DNA from: Octopus vulgaris
Lineage: Eukaryota
Length of the DNA: 64,000 bases
Direction of reading: 5' to 3'
NCBI GenBank assembly: GCA_951406725.2
Contig: OX597816.1
Location: 127,596,001-127,660,000, forward strand
Positions 37,080 to 49,751 of this stretch are shown here, one piece after another (position 1 is the stretch's first letter; the number at the start of each line of letters is the position of its first letter). The position numbers were made by a program, and so were the translations under genes. The notes under the pieces are model-generated. The model did no database searches, was not told the DNA's origin, and worked only from the letters and a program-made list of their open reading frames with translations.

Positions 37080-39235
37080 TTTGATACGAGTGAACATGCT
37101 TTCGCGCCGCCCACCCATTTCCAGCTTTTTTCTGTTTACAAACGAATATAATTAAAACCATACTTAGCATGAAAATGAAACCTTTCTAAAAACACACATT
37201 ACGATACACGCACACACACACACACATGTATATATATACACACACATACGCATGTATACATATAAGCCACACCGATTAAATTTCCGTGGTTGGTAATTCA
37301 TTCTGTATCGATACGTTCGAATGGAGATATTTAGATGTTGATGGAAATATCCGTTTCGTCAATAGTTTTAAATAATAGTATACCCAACATGAATGTAGGT
37401 CTATTTATCCAGTCAAAAGATGAAACTACTACATTTTCCTGCTCTTGTTAGTCATGACAGACGTAAGAATTTATGGCTATCCTTAGCGTGTTTTCCGTTC
37501 CCAAACGATATCTGCTGAGGAATTCTAGTTGTTGCGTTAACCCCAGTGACGGCTGTCTTCAGCTGTGACATCATTTTTACCGAAATCTGCGCCTACGAAG
37601 GCACTACCTAGTATCAGTTTTTCCATTGCCGAAAAGATTAAAAAGTCATTTTATCTACTATGATGTATATTTACAAGGATATTACTGCGGCGGGAAATGT
37701 TAAACAGCTCCGCACCATTCCATACGGACATTACATCTACCAAGACAGAGACTAGTTACAGGTTCAAAGTAGGAGGGAAGTATGTCTTGTTCAAAACAAA
37801 CTAGCCAGCTGTGTCAACGTTACAAGGTTTACTTATTTTTAGAATATAAAAGCAAATTATCTACAAGTTGTTCTATTACTGCAATGGAATATAGCAGATC
37901 GAAGACAGAGACTGACTAAAGATAGTAACAGCAAACTGGAAATTTATCATTTTCCACCACATCCATTACAGATATCTTTTATCTTTCAATTTTTCTTTCT
38001 TTCGTTTTTGTTGTTGCTGTTGTAGTAGTGCTGATTTATCTTTTCTTTCTTAACTCTCATCTATTCCGTGTTTTGGATCCCCACATTGCTTGCATTTACG
38101 TTGAAAAAAAAAAAAAAAAAAAAAAAAAACAGGGGAAAAAAAAAAAGAAACATGCAGAAAAGCTAGGTCGATGTGTATGTTGAGTTGAAAGATGGTGCGC
38201 GAGAGACTGGAAATTGTTTCTATTCTATTTAGTTGCTAACAAGTGCTGCTACCGTTTTAATTCTCCGCGGCTCCGCGAGAGCCAGTCTGCCCCGACGTAG
38301 GTAGAATGCATCCCTCTCTGAGGAGAAAACGGCACAAACAGTGGTGGTGCACAGTGCCAAAACCACTAGCATCCAGTGCCAACCCAACCCGAGTAGCAGG
38401 AATAAGTCCACTTTAGCAACGATTTAATAATCACTTGCTTAAGGTTGTGATATAACTGTATCGGTTTGCTTTTTATTATTGCTTACTGCAAACTCGATCC
38501 TGAAAGGACGAGGATTTTTCATCTATAAAAAGTATGTGAATCTTGCTTTTGCTTCTTCAGTTTATATATACATACATACATATATACACATATATATATA
38601 TATTCATTGGCTGGCTATTTTATTTCATTTTCTTTCACAATTACAAAAAGGAAAAAAAAAAAAGAAAAAATATTTAAAAAAACAAAAAAAATTGAAAACC
38701 TGTGAAATCACTGCCGTGTTGGCTGCCCGATAAACCGGCTCTTAAGACTCGAGGATTATTATTATTATTATCATTATTATTATTATTATTTACCACAATC
38801 AACATCATCACCATCCTCTTCTCCGGTGTCACTGCCGCTGTCGTTATCAACTCTATCCGCCAACCACTATATGTATGGGTATCTACTACATTTGGTGATC
38901 ATCAACTCTCCACTATATGCTGAGGGACACCTGACAATCTCTCTTTAGGTAGGTATGTACAAACCATGATGTTGTTATTGTTGTCGCTATCGTAGTTTAT
39001 TTATTATTATCGTTGTTGTTGTTATTGTTGATACTTATAATCATCAGTATTGTTTTGTTTTTTTTTATTTCGTTTCCCTACATCTACCTACATTCGGTGA
39101 ATTTTTTTTTCCCCTGCTCTTTCTCTTCTTGATCGGTTTTTCAAACCCCCCTCTCTCCCACACTTATTCCTTATCTCGTGTCTAAAAATGAAAGGGCGTG
39201 TGGTGGACTCTAACACCACACTGACAACAAACACA

Positions 39236-39279
<44 letters not shown>

Positions 39280-39803
39280 GTGTATATATACATATATATA
39301 TATATAGGTGTTTGTGTGTGTGCGTGTATTTATTTATGTATCTGCGTGCATGTGTGTGTGTGTGTGTGTTATGATATATACGGTGGAAATTAAATATAAA
39401 CTTCCCTTTGATAATTTTTCGTTTACCGTTTCTGTGTTTGTTTGTCTTTTGTTTTGTTTTTTTCTTCGTGTCTTTTGTTACCGCTAACGAACGTCACCAT
39501 TTCTATGCATCGCTTTGCCTGTCTTAACGCTTAGTAGCAATTACCGTTTAAATATTATATCCACGCGAACTGCAGCCGCTGCTTGCTTACAGCGTGTGGT
39601 AGGCATTGCTATACACGCAAGTGTATATACTTAACCGCAACATAGCCCCGGAAAGAAACGAAAAGATAAACGTAAAGGAAAAAAGAAAAAAAAAAAACCT
39701 CACATTAAGCACTTTATACACACGCTTGAAAATCTGCGTGCTTGTGTGTGTGTGTGTATGTTTGTGTGCGTGCAAGAGAGAATACCTATATATCCATTTA
39801 ACT

Positions 39804-39841
<38 letters not shown>

Positions 39842-40911
39842 GTGTGTGTGTGTTTTTATAGACACACGCGCACACTTGTATATACACATATACATTCCAA
39901 CACATACATATACTAATAGATAACTATGAAGAGGAACCCTCACATCAAGAGGCTATGCACAATTGATTTTTTTTTTCCCCTCTTCATTTACCAGAATCTA
40001 AAATGTTCACGAGAGAGCGACTGTGAGAGATGAGTATTTTGTGAAAACCACGCCGTCGACTTTGAGAAATGGTGCTGCGACACTGTCGTAGCGTTGTTTA
40101 AGTAAGATGCTAGCAGGAGGAAACTGGTTATGATTAGTAGCTTTATATCATTACCATTATTGTTATTATTATTGTTGTTATTATTACTGTTACTATTATC
40201 GTCGCCGCCGCTGCCGTCGTCGTCGTCACCACAATCATCATCATTATCACCATCACTGTAATCATCATCATCATCATTTATTTATGCAGAGTAGGTTCCC
40301 CGCACGGAAAAGAAACACATGTCTGTAGAGTGTGTAAGATTTCTACTAGACTGCAGCTCGTTACAATAGAGCCATGCATCAAGCGAAGGAATTTTCAAGT
40401 AGACGCTTAGCGTTCTAAAACTGTGTACGGTCATTACAAAATACTTCTTCCCACCCAATAGTCAAGGTAGGTGCCATTCCTCTCTCCTTCCCCTCCACCA
40501 ACTTTGGGATTAATTCTCCTTTCACGCTATTCAAGGCATTCATGTTTGTTATCCTTAACTAGCACACGCACGCACATACACATACAATACAATACAATAT
40601 AATATAATATATATCTTTTGTCTGCGACTGGGTTCTTTGCTATTGACGATTGAAATTTGCTACCTACATATATTATACAGAAACAATCTTACAGTCTCCC
40701 CTCCCTCTATACACATATACACACACATTTGTATGTACGTATAAGTATATATATATATATATGTATGTATATATATATACACACACATGTATGTATCTGT
40801 ACACACAAGAAACTCTACGACTATCGACATGATATTTGATGGTGATAAATAGCTTTAAATTTGTTAGTTCAGCTTAGGTGGTCAAGATATGAAATGTTCT
40901 TAAAGTTTGTG

Positions 40912-40946
<35 letters not shown>

Positions 40947-43450
40947 GTGTGTGTGTGTATGTATGTATGTTTGTAATCGTAATCTTTAATCCATCCATCA
41001 TCTTCACAGTCTTCTTTCTGTGATACCTTAGCTGATGATAAACAGGTTAACGGTGTCAAGTGCAGGTGTAGTTAATTTTACTCTGTGAGGACAGATAATT
41101 CTATTAGCATTTAGCATAGGTTTGGTAGAGTAGTACCCAGCTATAGTATACAGAATAGATATCACTGACGTTTGTGAGAAAGTGCACGCATATAAGACAA
41201 GCCGAACTAGCGCATTCGCAGCAACCTTCCATTCATCAGCTTCTGTGCATCCATCGCCAGTGCCCCTGTCATGACTGGCCACTTGATCGCGTGCCTGTTT
41301 GATATAACACGATTCATGTTTCATGTGTACCTAGCTATTACACACACAGACTACCGTGCATCTATTTTGACTAATCAAGTGTGTAGTTGTGTGTGTTTTT
41401 TTTTTCGGTATTCTCTTTGTCTTGTTCTTTTATTTGTTTTTATTATTTCCTCTTCTATTTTAAATTCCTTTATTCACCGACAACTGTTAAATTATTGAAG
41501 AAAGATATAAGATATACATCGATCGAAGCTTATCTGAGAGTTTATTTTTTTCTCTTTCCCTTCCTTTTCTTTTTTGGCGATTAAATACCTAGATGCGAAT
41601 TTTCCGGGTTCCTGCATTCAGACTTATCTACTGCTACTACACACATCGTCTCTCATAGATTATTTCTATGCAACAATTTCTCTTCTCATAGGTCTTTGTT
41701 TAATCTATGATTTCTCTTCTCTCCCTCCTGCATTCCCTTCCAGTCTTTCTTGTTCCAATTCCTCTTTTACGTACGTTTCATTAAGCAAGCCACGGCAACT
41801 ATTGCTTTTTGTTCACGGTTCCACCCATTTAGCTATTTACCTTCAAACTATTATTCACTTGCCTTTTCTGTGTGTGTTTTTTTTTTTTAGCCTATTCCTA
41901 CTTCAGCCCATTTTCTTTACGGTTGTCACCATGCATTTTCCCCTTTCCACCTGTTTCTTTTGTAACTTATATTTCTGATACCCTCCCATTTTCTTTTTTC
42001 TTTTTGCATCAAACCACCTGCACGCTACCTTACAGGTATGGTGACGGGGATTCTTTCTGTATTCCAAAACGGCTTCAATTCTTTCACTTCACTCAGTTTT
42101 AAGCTCCTAATCTCCTGACATTATCTCATTAAATTTTATTCCAACATCAAACCAACAATTTTATTTGAATCTATTAAGGTTACTTTTTTTTTTTCATTTT
42201 ACTGATATTTGAACTTATACACCAGATTTTTGAATTCACGAATTCTCGACGTTTTCTTGAAATGGTCTGTTATCTAACACCATTTTTCTGTAATAGAAGA
42301 AATGTTACCTTATTTTTTTTTCTTTTTCCACTCCTGTTTTCAATATTTCATTCAAACGACATCTAAATATTATTTGTTCTACATTACATTTTGTCACCAA
42401 CTACTAACCATAAGTATCACGAGGCGCTCCGTTCGGTAGCTTCTTAATTCCGTACAGTGCTCTTAGATTTGTATGTGTGTATATAAATTTATTTCAAAAA
42501 TAAATGCATCGGAATTCATCCAGTAAAATCTCTCCCCAACGCTAGCGATATGTAACTTGTTAATGACAAGGTCAGGAAGAAGCAACTATCACTTTTACAT
42601 GACACTGCCCACACTCCCTTCTTAGAGCCGTTGAAAAAGAAAATTACCATTATCGGAACAAATCTGTCTTAACATTGACATGTGACTGTGTCTTTATGGA
42701 AAATAAATTTTTTAGTTGCGATAATGAATAATTTTTAGCTTTTTGTGGAAATTACGCAAGATTTCGGAAGGAAATTCATGGAATTGAATTTTTGGAAGCC
42801 ATTTCGATTTCATTCATTTGAAATAGTGTTAGCTGATTGCCGTTTCTTTTTGGTTCTACAGAACTAATCTTCTTTTAAAATCGCTTATAGCTATTGTTTT
42901 CTATAAATTATGATCTGTTCTATTGTATATGTCACAATTACGAAAGAAGTCTTCTCTTAGCACGCGGATCTTCGTTTTCTTCATGGAACATCGCAACTGT
43001 CACTCAGTCGTCTTCTCCATTTATTCCATCTTCTAACACTTCCGCCATCTTTCTGTAAGAATATCTCTTGTGTAATAAAGCAATTAATCGAGATGATTAC
43101 TGAAAATAGTTCGAATATCGGGGATTTTTCGGTCCTGTTGTTTTGGGTTTCATTTTTCTTCCTCCCTTATCGATCTCTAAAACCGCTGTAAATCTAAACA
43201 ACTCCATATGCTCTTTTACTTAAGCTGTCACTCGTTCCATTCCCTAACGTAAATGGTTGTAGTGGCTCACTTAAATTAATTACTATAGCCATATATAATG
43301 TGTGGCAAAAAAAAACTGAGAAAATCTAATTCCTTATCTTGTAACGATTTCTCAAAGGCATCAAGTATACTCAAGGAAAGCTTTCGACTACCTTCTGTAG
43401 TGGCATACTTTCGCTAACATAAACATGATCGCAGCAGCATGAAAGAAGCA
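37080..43450. promoter_or_regulatory. Transposon-free, CpG-retaining unique DNA; possible promoter/5'-UTR region
   Basis: No SINE or LINE recognised; locally dense CpG (e.g. 38190-38420, 40010-40230); several plus-strand donor-like sites. Confidence 0.35.
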
Positions 43451-44543
43451 ACAAAGTATAATATCGACCTTTTGTTGCTTCTTTTCCCTTTAGCGGTTTG
43501 AATAGCAAATCTGTTAAATCTGTCTTGATATATGAAATATAAAACTTTCACTCAGTGGGCTTTTGCCTAGTTATAAACCTATTTTTGGTCTTTTTTTTTT
43601 CAAATTTATTTTTATAATTTATGATTTCCCTTTTCCTTATTATGTAAGATATTAAAATTATCAATCGAAATTTTTTCATCTTTCTGAATTTTCAATTATT
43701 TTAATTCTCTACATTCAGTCTTGAAATATCATACACTGGACATCATCAATCCATAGAAAACCAATAGATTTTGCTTTCGGAAAAGTATTGTGTCTCTAGT
43801 TCCTAATGAGATCTGCAAGCACTGCCACTTAGCACCATCATTGTGTAACGACTACCCTTTCGCAACTTTGTCTTAAACTAGAAATAAGTGTCCAGTTTTA
43901 TTGGGCTTACCTAAATAATTTTCTTGAAGAATTTTATTCAGAGAAACGTAGTACAGATTTCTCACTAATAGAATATTTAGTATTTTTTTTTTCCATATTT
44001 TAATGAAGTTATGGCTCAATTTTTTCTTCCTTAGAAGATCAATGGAGAAAACCATAACACTACTTGTAATTTAAAAAAAAAAAAAAAAAAAACTTTCCTT
44101 AACATATCTGACAAGAATGTCTTGGTGATATAGTTTCAATATGGAACATATTGAAACGTATACTTTATAGGTAATACCATTCAGGATTATATTATATATT
44201 TTATTTTTTCTTAATCCTACCTAGAAAGATCGAATTGGTGTGCTAAAATAAAAATAAATAAATAAATTCTTCTGTGGAAAAAAGTTTTCTTCTGAAGGAT
44301 TTCAAATAGATTAAAATATAAATTCGTTAGATTTAAGAGAATCTTAATAAAAGGAAAACAAAAATAACGTAATAACGTGATTCCAGTGGGAGTTTTAGTA
44401 GTCATATTAACTTATACACAAACAGATTTTAGTGTCATTGCATTCAAATTAAAATTTCTTTACAACTCTGTGTGTTCATATGTATGATATATCAATATAC
44501 ATATGATATATATGACTGTATGCACACACAATATATATCTTTC

Positions 44544-44589
<46 letters not shown>

Positions 44590-44744
44590 GTGTGTGTGTG
44601 TGTGTATATGAACAAACATATATAAGCCTGTACATATATAGTATATATATAAGTATATAGATATATATGTATGTGTGTGCATTTATATATAATGTGCACA
44701 CACTCATAGCATGTTCGCACATAGATGTACCTCTAAACATGTTT

Positions 44745-45504
44745 GTGTGTGTATGATATGTATATACATATAGGTATGTGTATATATATATATGTGTGTA
44801 TATATATATATATGTATGTGTATATATATATATGTATGTGTATATACATGTGTGTATATGTAGGTATGTGTTTATATATATGTGTATGTGTATATATGTG
44901 TATGTGTGTATATATATATATGTATGTGTGTGTATATATATGTGTATATATATATATGTATGTGTATATATATGCATATGTATGTGTGTATATATGTATA
45001 TGTATGTGTATATATATGTGTATATATATATGTATGTGTATATATATGCATATGTATGTGTGTATATATGTATATGTATGTGTATATATATGCATATGTA
45101 TGTGTGTATATATGTATGTGTATATATATATGCATATGTATGTGTGTATATATGTATATGTATGTGTGTATATATGTATATGTATGTGTGTATATATGTA
45201 TATGTATGTGTGTATATATGTATATGTATGTGTATATATATATGCATATGTATGTGTGTATATATATGCATATGTATGTGTGTATATATATGCATATGCA
45301 TGTGTATATATATGCATATGTATGTATGTGTATATATATATATATATGTATATATATATGTGTATATATGTGTATATGTATATATGTGCATATATATATA
45401 TGTGTATATGTATATATATATATGTATGTATGTGCATGTATATATATGTGTGTATATATATGTGTATATGTGTATATATATATATGTATATATATATATG
45501 TATG

Positions 45505-45543
<39 letters not shown>

Positions 45544-45850
45544 ACATATATATGTATGTATATGTATATATATATATATATATATATGTGTACATATATA
45601 TGTATGTATATGTATATATATATATATATGTATGTATGTGTACATATATATGTATGTATGTGTACATATATATGTATGTATGTGTACATATATATGTATA
45701 TATGTGTATATATAGGTATATATATATATATATGTGTGTATATGTATATATGTGTATATATAGGTATATATATGTGTATATATATGTATGTGTATATTTA
45801 TGTATGTGTATACATGTATGTTTGTATATATATATGTGTGTGTGTGTGTG
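44745..45850. repeat. About 1.1-kb (TA)/(TG)/(TATG) compound microsatellite
   Basis: Seen directly. Confidence 0.95.
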
Positions 45851-46522
45851 TGTGGATATATCTGAGTGGGTACATAGGTATGTGTGTACTGATATCTATC
45901 TATTTATCAATTTATGTATCTCTTTATCTATCTCTTTATCTACCTGTCTTATCCATCTGTTTTTCTGTGTGTTTATCTATCTGTTTATCTATCTATCTAT
46001 ATTTATATATTCATATACGAATGAATTCTTTAATGAAATATGGTTTTGTGTGTTAGGGCAGTTTACAAGCTACAAATTTTCTTTACTCTAGTTATGTTGA
46101 AGCATACATTAATTTTTCAAAATAAAATTGCTTTGCAATTTTTTACCTTTTTTTTCTTTTCTTTTTTTTTTTTAATCTTCTCATATTCCATTTGTCTGGT
46201 GTCTTTTCCGATAGGAAAGTTAATTCAAAAATTGTCTTATCCATCCATAAAGGAAGTATTCATTCAATATAGCATTTGACATAAATTAATTCCAAATATG
46301 GTCATAAATTGTTATTTTCCTCTGTCTTCTATCAAGGAAAATGAGTAAGACACTGATTGATATTTGGAACTAACAGGATAAAATTCTATCCTGATCACTA
46401 CCAATTAAATCCATATATCTTATGCTATTGTTTTACCTACCGAAATTGTGAAAGGATTTATTTATTTTCACTGCTAATTTTATCTGGCAAATCTTTTTGC
46501 CTAGCGTTTTGAAAGATATGTA

Positions 46523-46566
<44 letters not shown>

Positions 46567-46572
46567 TACACT

Positions 46573-46627
<55 letters not shown>

Positions 46628-47632
46628 ACACACGCACACACACACTCACATACATAATTATTTAAAGAATATAAATTTTTGGTTCTTTCAATGTCTACTT
46701 TTCTCAAAATGTTGGCTTTGCTGATAAAAGTCTGTCATCTGAATTATGAGAAGGAATAACTGTATATAATGTTATTTATATATATATATATATATGGTAT
46801 ATTTTTCCAAGATATTTATCTTTATTTTCTTTTTCTTTTTTTGAACTTTTATTCAATAAGTTTTGCACTAAAAAGAACACAAGCAAAAAAAGAAAAAAAA
46901 GAAAGAAAGAATTTTATAAAGGACATGATTATTTTTTTCTCTTACTGCTTAATACTAATTTCACTTCTGTTATAATATGCTTGGAATTTGATATTAGTTA
47001 ACAAAAAAAAAAAAAGAGAGAAGAAAAGAGAAGTGTTAGTGTGCTTCATGCAATTACCCTCAAACAGAATTTATTGAAGGAAAATCAATAGACCAGTTTA
47101 GTGAATTGTATGGGAGAGGGTTTAGTTAGGCATTGGAACCATTCTGAGAAGAAACCTAAAAATGGCTCCAATGTGATATATTATTGATGTTGAAGTGAAT
47201 TCATACTATAAATACCGTTCAGAATTTCATATATGAATAGAAATATATAGATTGATTCTGTTTGCACTGTTTCCTCGTGGTCTTTCTGTTTGCATTTCTG
47301 TTTCCTTTATGAAATAATTTGTATTGTTTTTGTTGTGTGTATATGTTTGTGTGTGTATGTGTGTGCAACAAGTGATGTGATGTTTAGTGAGGAAATAAAT
47401 CCTAGACAGGAAGAGTGCAATTATGTGTACAAGCTACAGTGTTTAACCTTTTTTGAAATTTTCTATTTAATATCAATAATTGACCAGTTTCTGCATATAT
47501 GTATTTAGATATGTTATAAATATGTGTGTGTTTGTGTCTTATATGTATATAATGTTAGTGTATGTTTGTGCCTGTGTCTGTGTATATACATACATACATA
47601 TATATATATAGGTACAAATATATATATATATA

Positions 47633-47910
47633 TGATCATTCAATGTGTGACTGCGCGTGTATATATATATATATATATGATCATTCAATGTGTGACTGCG
47701 CGTGTATCGTTGGCGATTTTTTTTTTTTCCTCCATCTTTCTTTCCTTGGATCTTTCCTTTTCCTATATTTCTGACGAAGAGCTCTGCTTGAAACGTTAAA
47801 TCCCCCTTCTTTCTTTCCTTTCTTGAGCGTCCAATAACACTATACTTGTTCCACATCCTTGCGTTGTTGTGTTTTCTCGTTTTCTCTTCGTGTTTTCATG
47901 TTTGGATTAA

Positions 47911-47912
<2 letters not shown>
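47633..47912 (+). mobile_element. Short PLE-type hammerhead repeat between (TA)n tracts, 5' end duplicated
   Basis: TGATCATTCAATGTGTGACTGCGCGTGTAT occurs twice; contains an HHR; related to 2395-2598. Confidence 0.6.
47767..47801 (+). ncRNA. Minimal type I hammerhead, intact core
   Basis: ATTT-CTGACGA-A-GAGC-TCT-GCTT-GAAACGTT-AAAT; palindromic stem III AACGTT typical of PLE HHRs. Confidence 0.7.
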
Positions 47913-47942
<30 letters not shown>

Positions 47943-48211
47943 ATGCTTGTTTTTATGTTGAGTTATAATTAAAAACAATTTTACATAAAAGTGAAGGATG
48001 AGAAGGATTACTCAATATATTTTGGAAACTTCAAGACTTTGAAGTTTTCACCAGCTATTCTTCATGAATGCTAGAAGACTGAAACTTCAAAGTCAATGTC
48101 ACCACTATACTTGTATATGTGTGTGTATGTACATGTGTGTATACAAATATATATGTTTGTGTGTATATATATATAATAATATACACACACATATATATGT
48201 GTGTGTGTGTG

Positions 48212-48247
<36 letters not shown>

Positions 48248-48829
48248 TAAAAATTGATCCACACTCAGAAATCTGGAATGTTTATATTTTGAGCTGAAGA
48301 AAAATATGCCTCAGTGGTATATTATGCCTGCTTTTGTAATCATGTTTTTTTTCTTTTGTTTTTGTGTATATTCAGATATAGAAAAATTAAACTCAAATAC
48401 AATAAGGAATCCATAATTGTAATATCCTTATCTTTGCTTTAAAAATGTCCTTAAATGCATTGAACCACTATATTTAATATCTTTGTATTTCTTAATGTAC
48501 AATTATAGATGTTGCTAATTAGTCATGAATTTTTTTTAAAGACTAATATTTGTAAAAGCAAAACAATTTGCTAAAACAAATTTTTCTTTTTTTATTTTAT
48601 TTTATTTTTTGTTGTTGGCTATTACTCTAGTTTGATACACTGTTTTTTTGGAGGCAATTTTGCAATCTTGCCTAAGAGCTTCTGTAATAGCTTTGCTAGT
48701 TTCCTCACAGCAGTTGTCAAGATTCTAGTAAATAAACTCCCTATATTTTTTTTCTTAAATAAAATTGCTTATATTAAGTATTAATCATGATATAGGACAT
48801 CATATTCTTGAATGAAGGGAAAAAAATTT

Positions 48830-49012
48830 TGGCACAGGGCCTGCAATTGTAGGAGAGGATGCAAGTCAATTGAATTAACTCCAGTGCTCAACTGATACAT
48901 ATTTTATCAACCCTGAAAGGATGAAAGGCAAACTTGACTCCAGTGGCATTTGAACTCATAAATTTGGAAGAAATACCACTAAGCAGTAACAATTCTGCTA
49001 GTTCACTGCCTT
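48830..49012 (-). mobile_element. Old SINE family B-related copy
   Basis: ATTTTATCAACCCTGAAAGGATGAAAGGCAAA...TTTGAACTC. Confidence 0.7.
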
Positions 49013-49532
49013 AGGTATTTTGTTATATTGAAGTTCAACCAGTCCTGAAAAGCTTAACATCTTATCTTTGCAATACTCTTATGGACAGATTCATGTACTG
49101 GATCCTGCTTGACCCCAGTCGACTTCTTCAATGCCACAAATGATCAGCTCAGATGGAAATGACCTGGCAAACTCAGCAATAATAGAAATTACACTATATA
49201 TATTTATATGTATTTGAATTTAAGTGTATTTGGGTAAATTATGTTTTGACTAGAAATTTTTATAAACTTAGCAACATTTGAACAAAGACTTTGATGGAAA
49301 TAATTCATTCCAACTCTTTAACTCACTGCAACTTTAGTGCACCGCAGTTTGAGGTTGGTTGTAATTGTTTTATTTTTTGTTCTGATAGTAGTTGATGATT
49401 AGTAAATTTCCAAAAGATCACAATTAGAACACTATAATCATAGCGTTACATTTATTTTTAATAAGAATTTTAAGTACATTTTTATTATAGTGGTAGGAGA
49501 CGTTACTCATGCTTATATAATGGATATTTTAA

Positions 49533-49751
49533 CCCTTTCGTTATCAACCTGGCTGAAACTGGCCCTGGCTCTGAGTACAAATGTTTTGTTTTCATAAATT
49601 TTGAAATAAAATCTTCCACTAAACCTTAGTCACAATTTATGTTCCTAACTCTAACTGAATGATAGCTAAGTTATTTTCTAAATTCTTTGTTATATTTAAA
49701 GTAATTGAAAGAAACACAGAGCATCTCAAAATAAATACAGTAATGAAAGGG
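49533..49751. mobile_element. piggyBac-type MITE (second family)
   Basis: TTAA|CCCTTTCGTTA ... TAATGAAAGGG|TTAA. Confidence 0.8.

Noticed and set aside
38428-38452. Minus-strand TCACAACCTT...GTGA resembling miR-67/307
   Set aside because: No complementary 5' arm upstream; seed-level similarity only.
44492-46091. ORFs of 250-437 aa on both strands
   Set aside because: Translations of a compound microsatellite.
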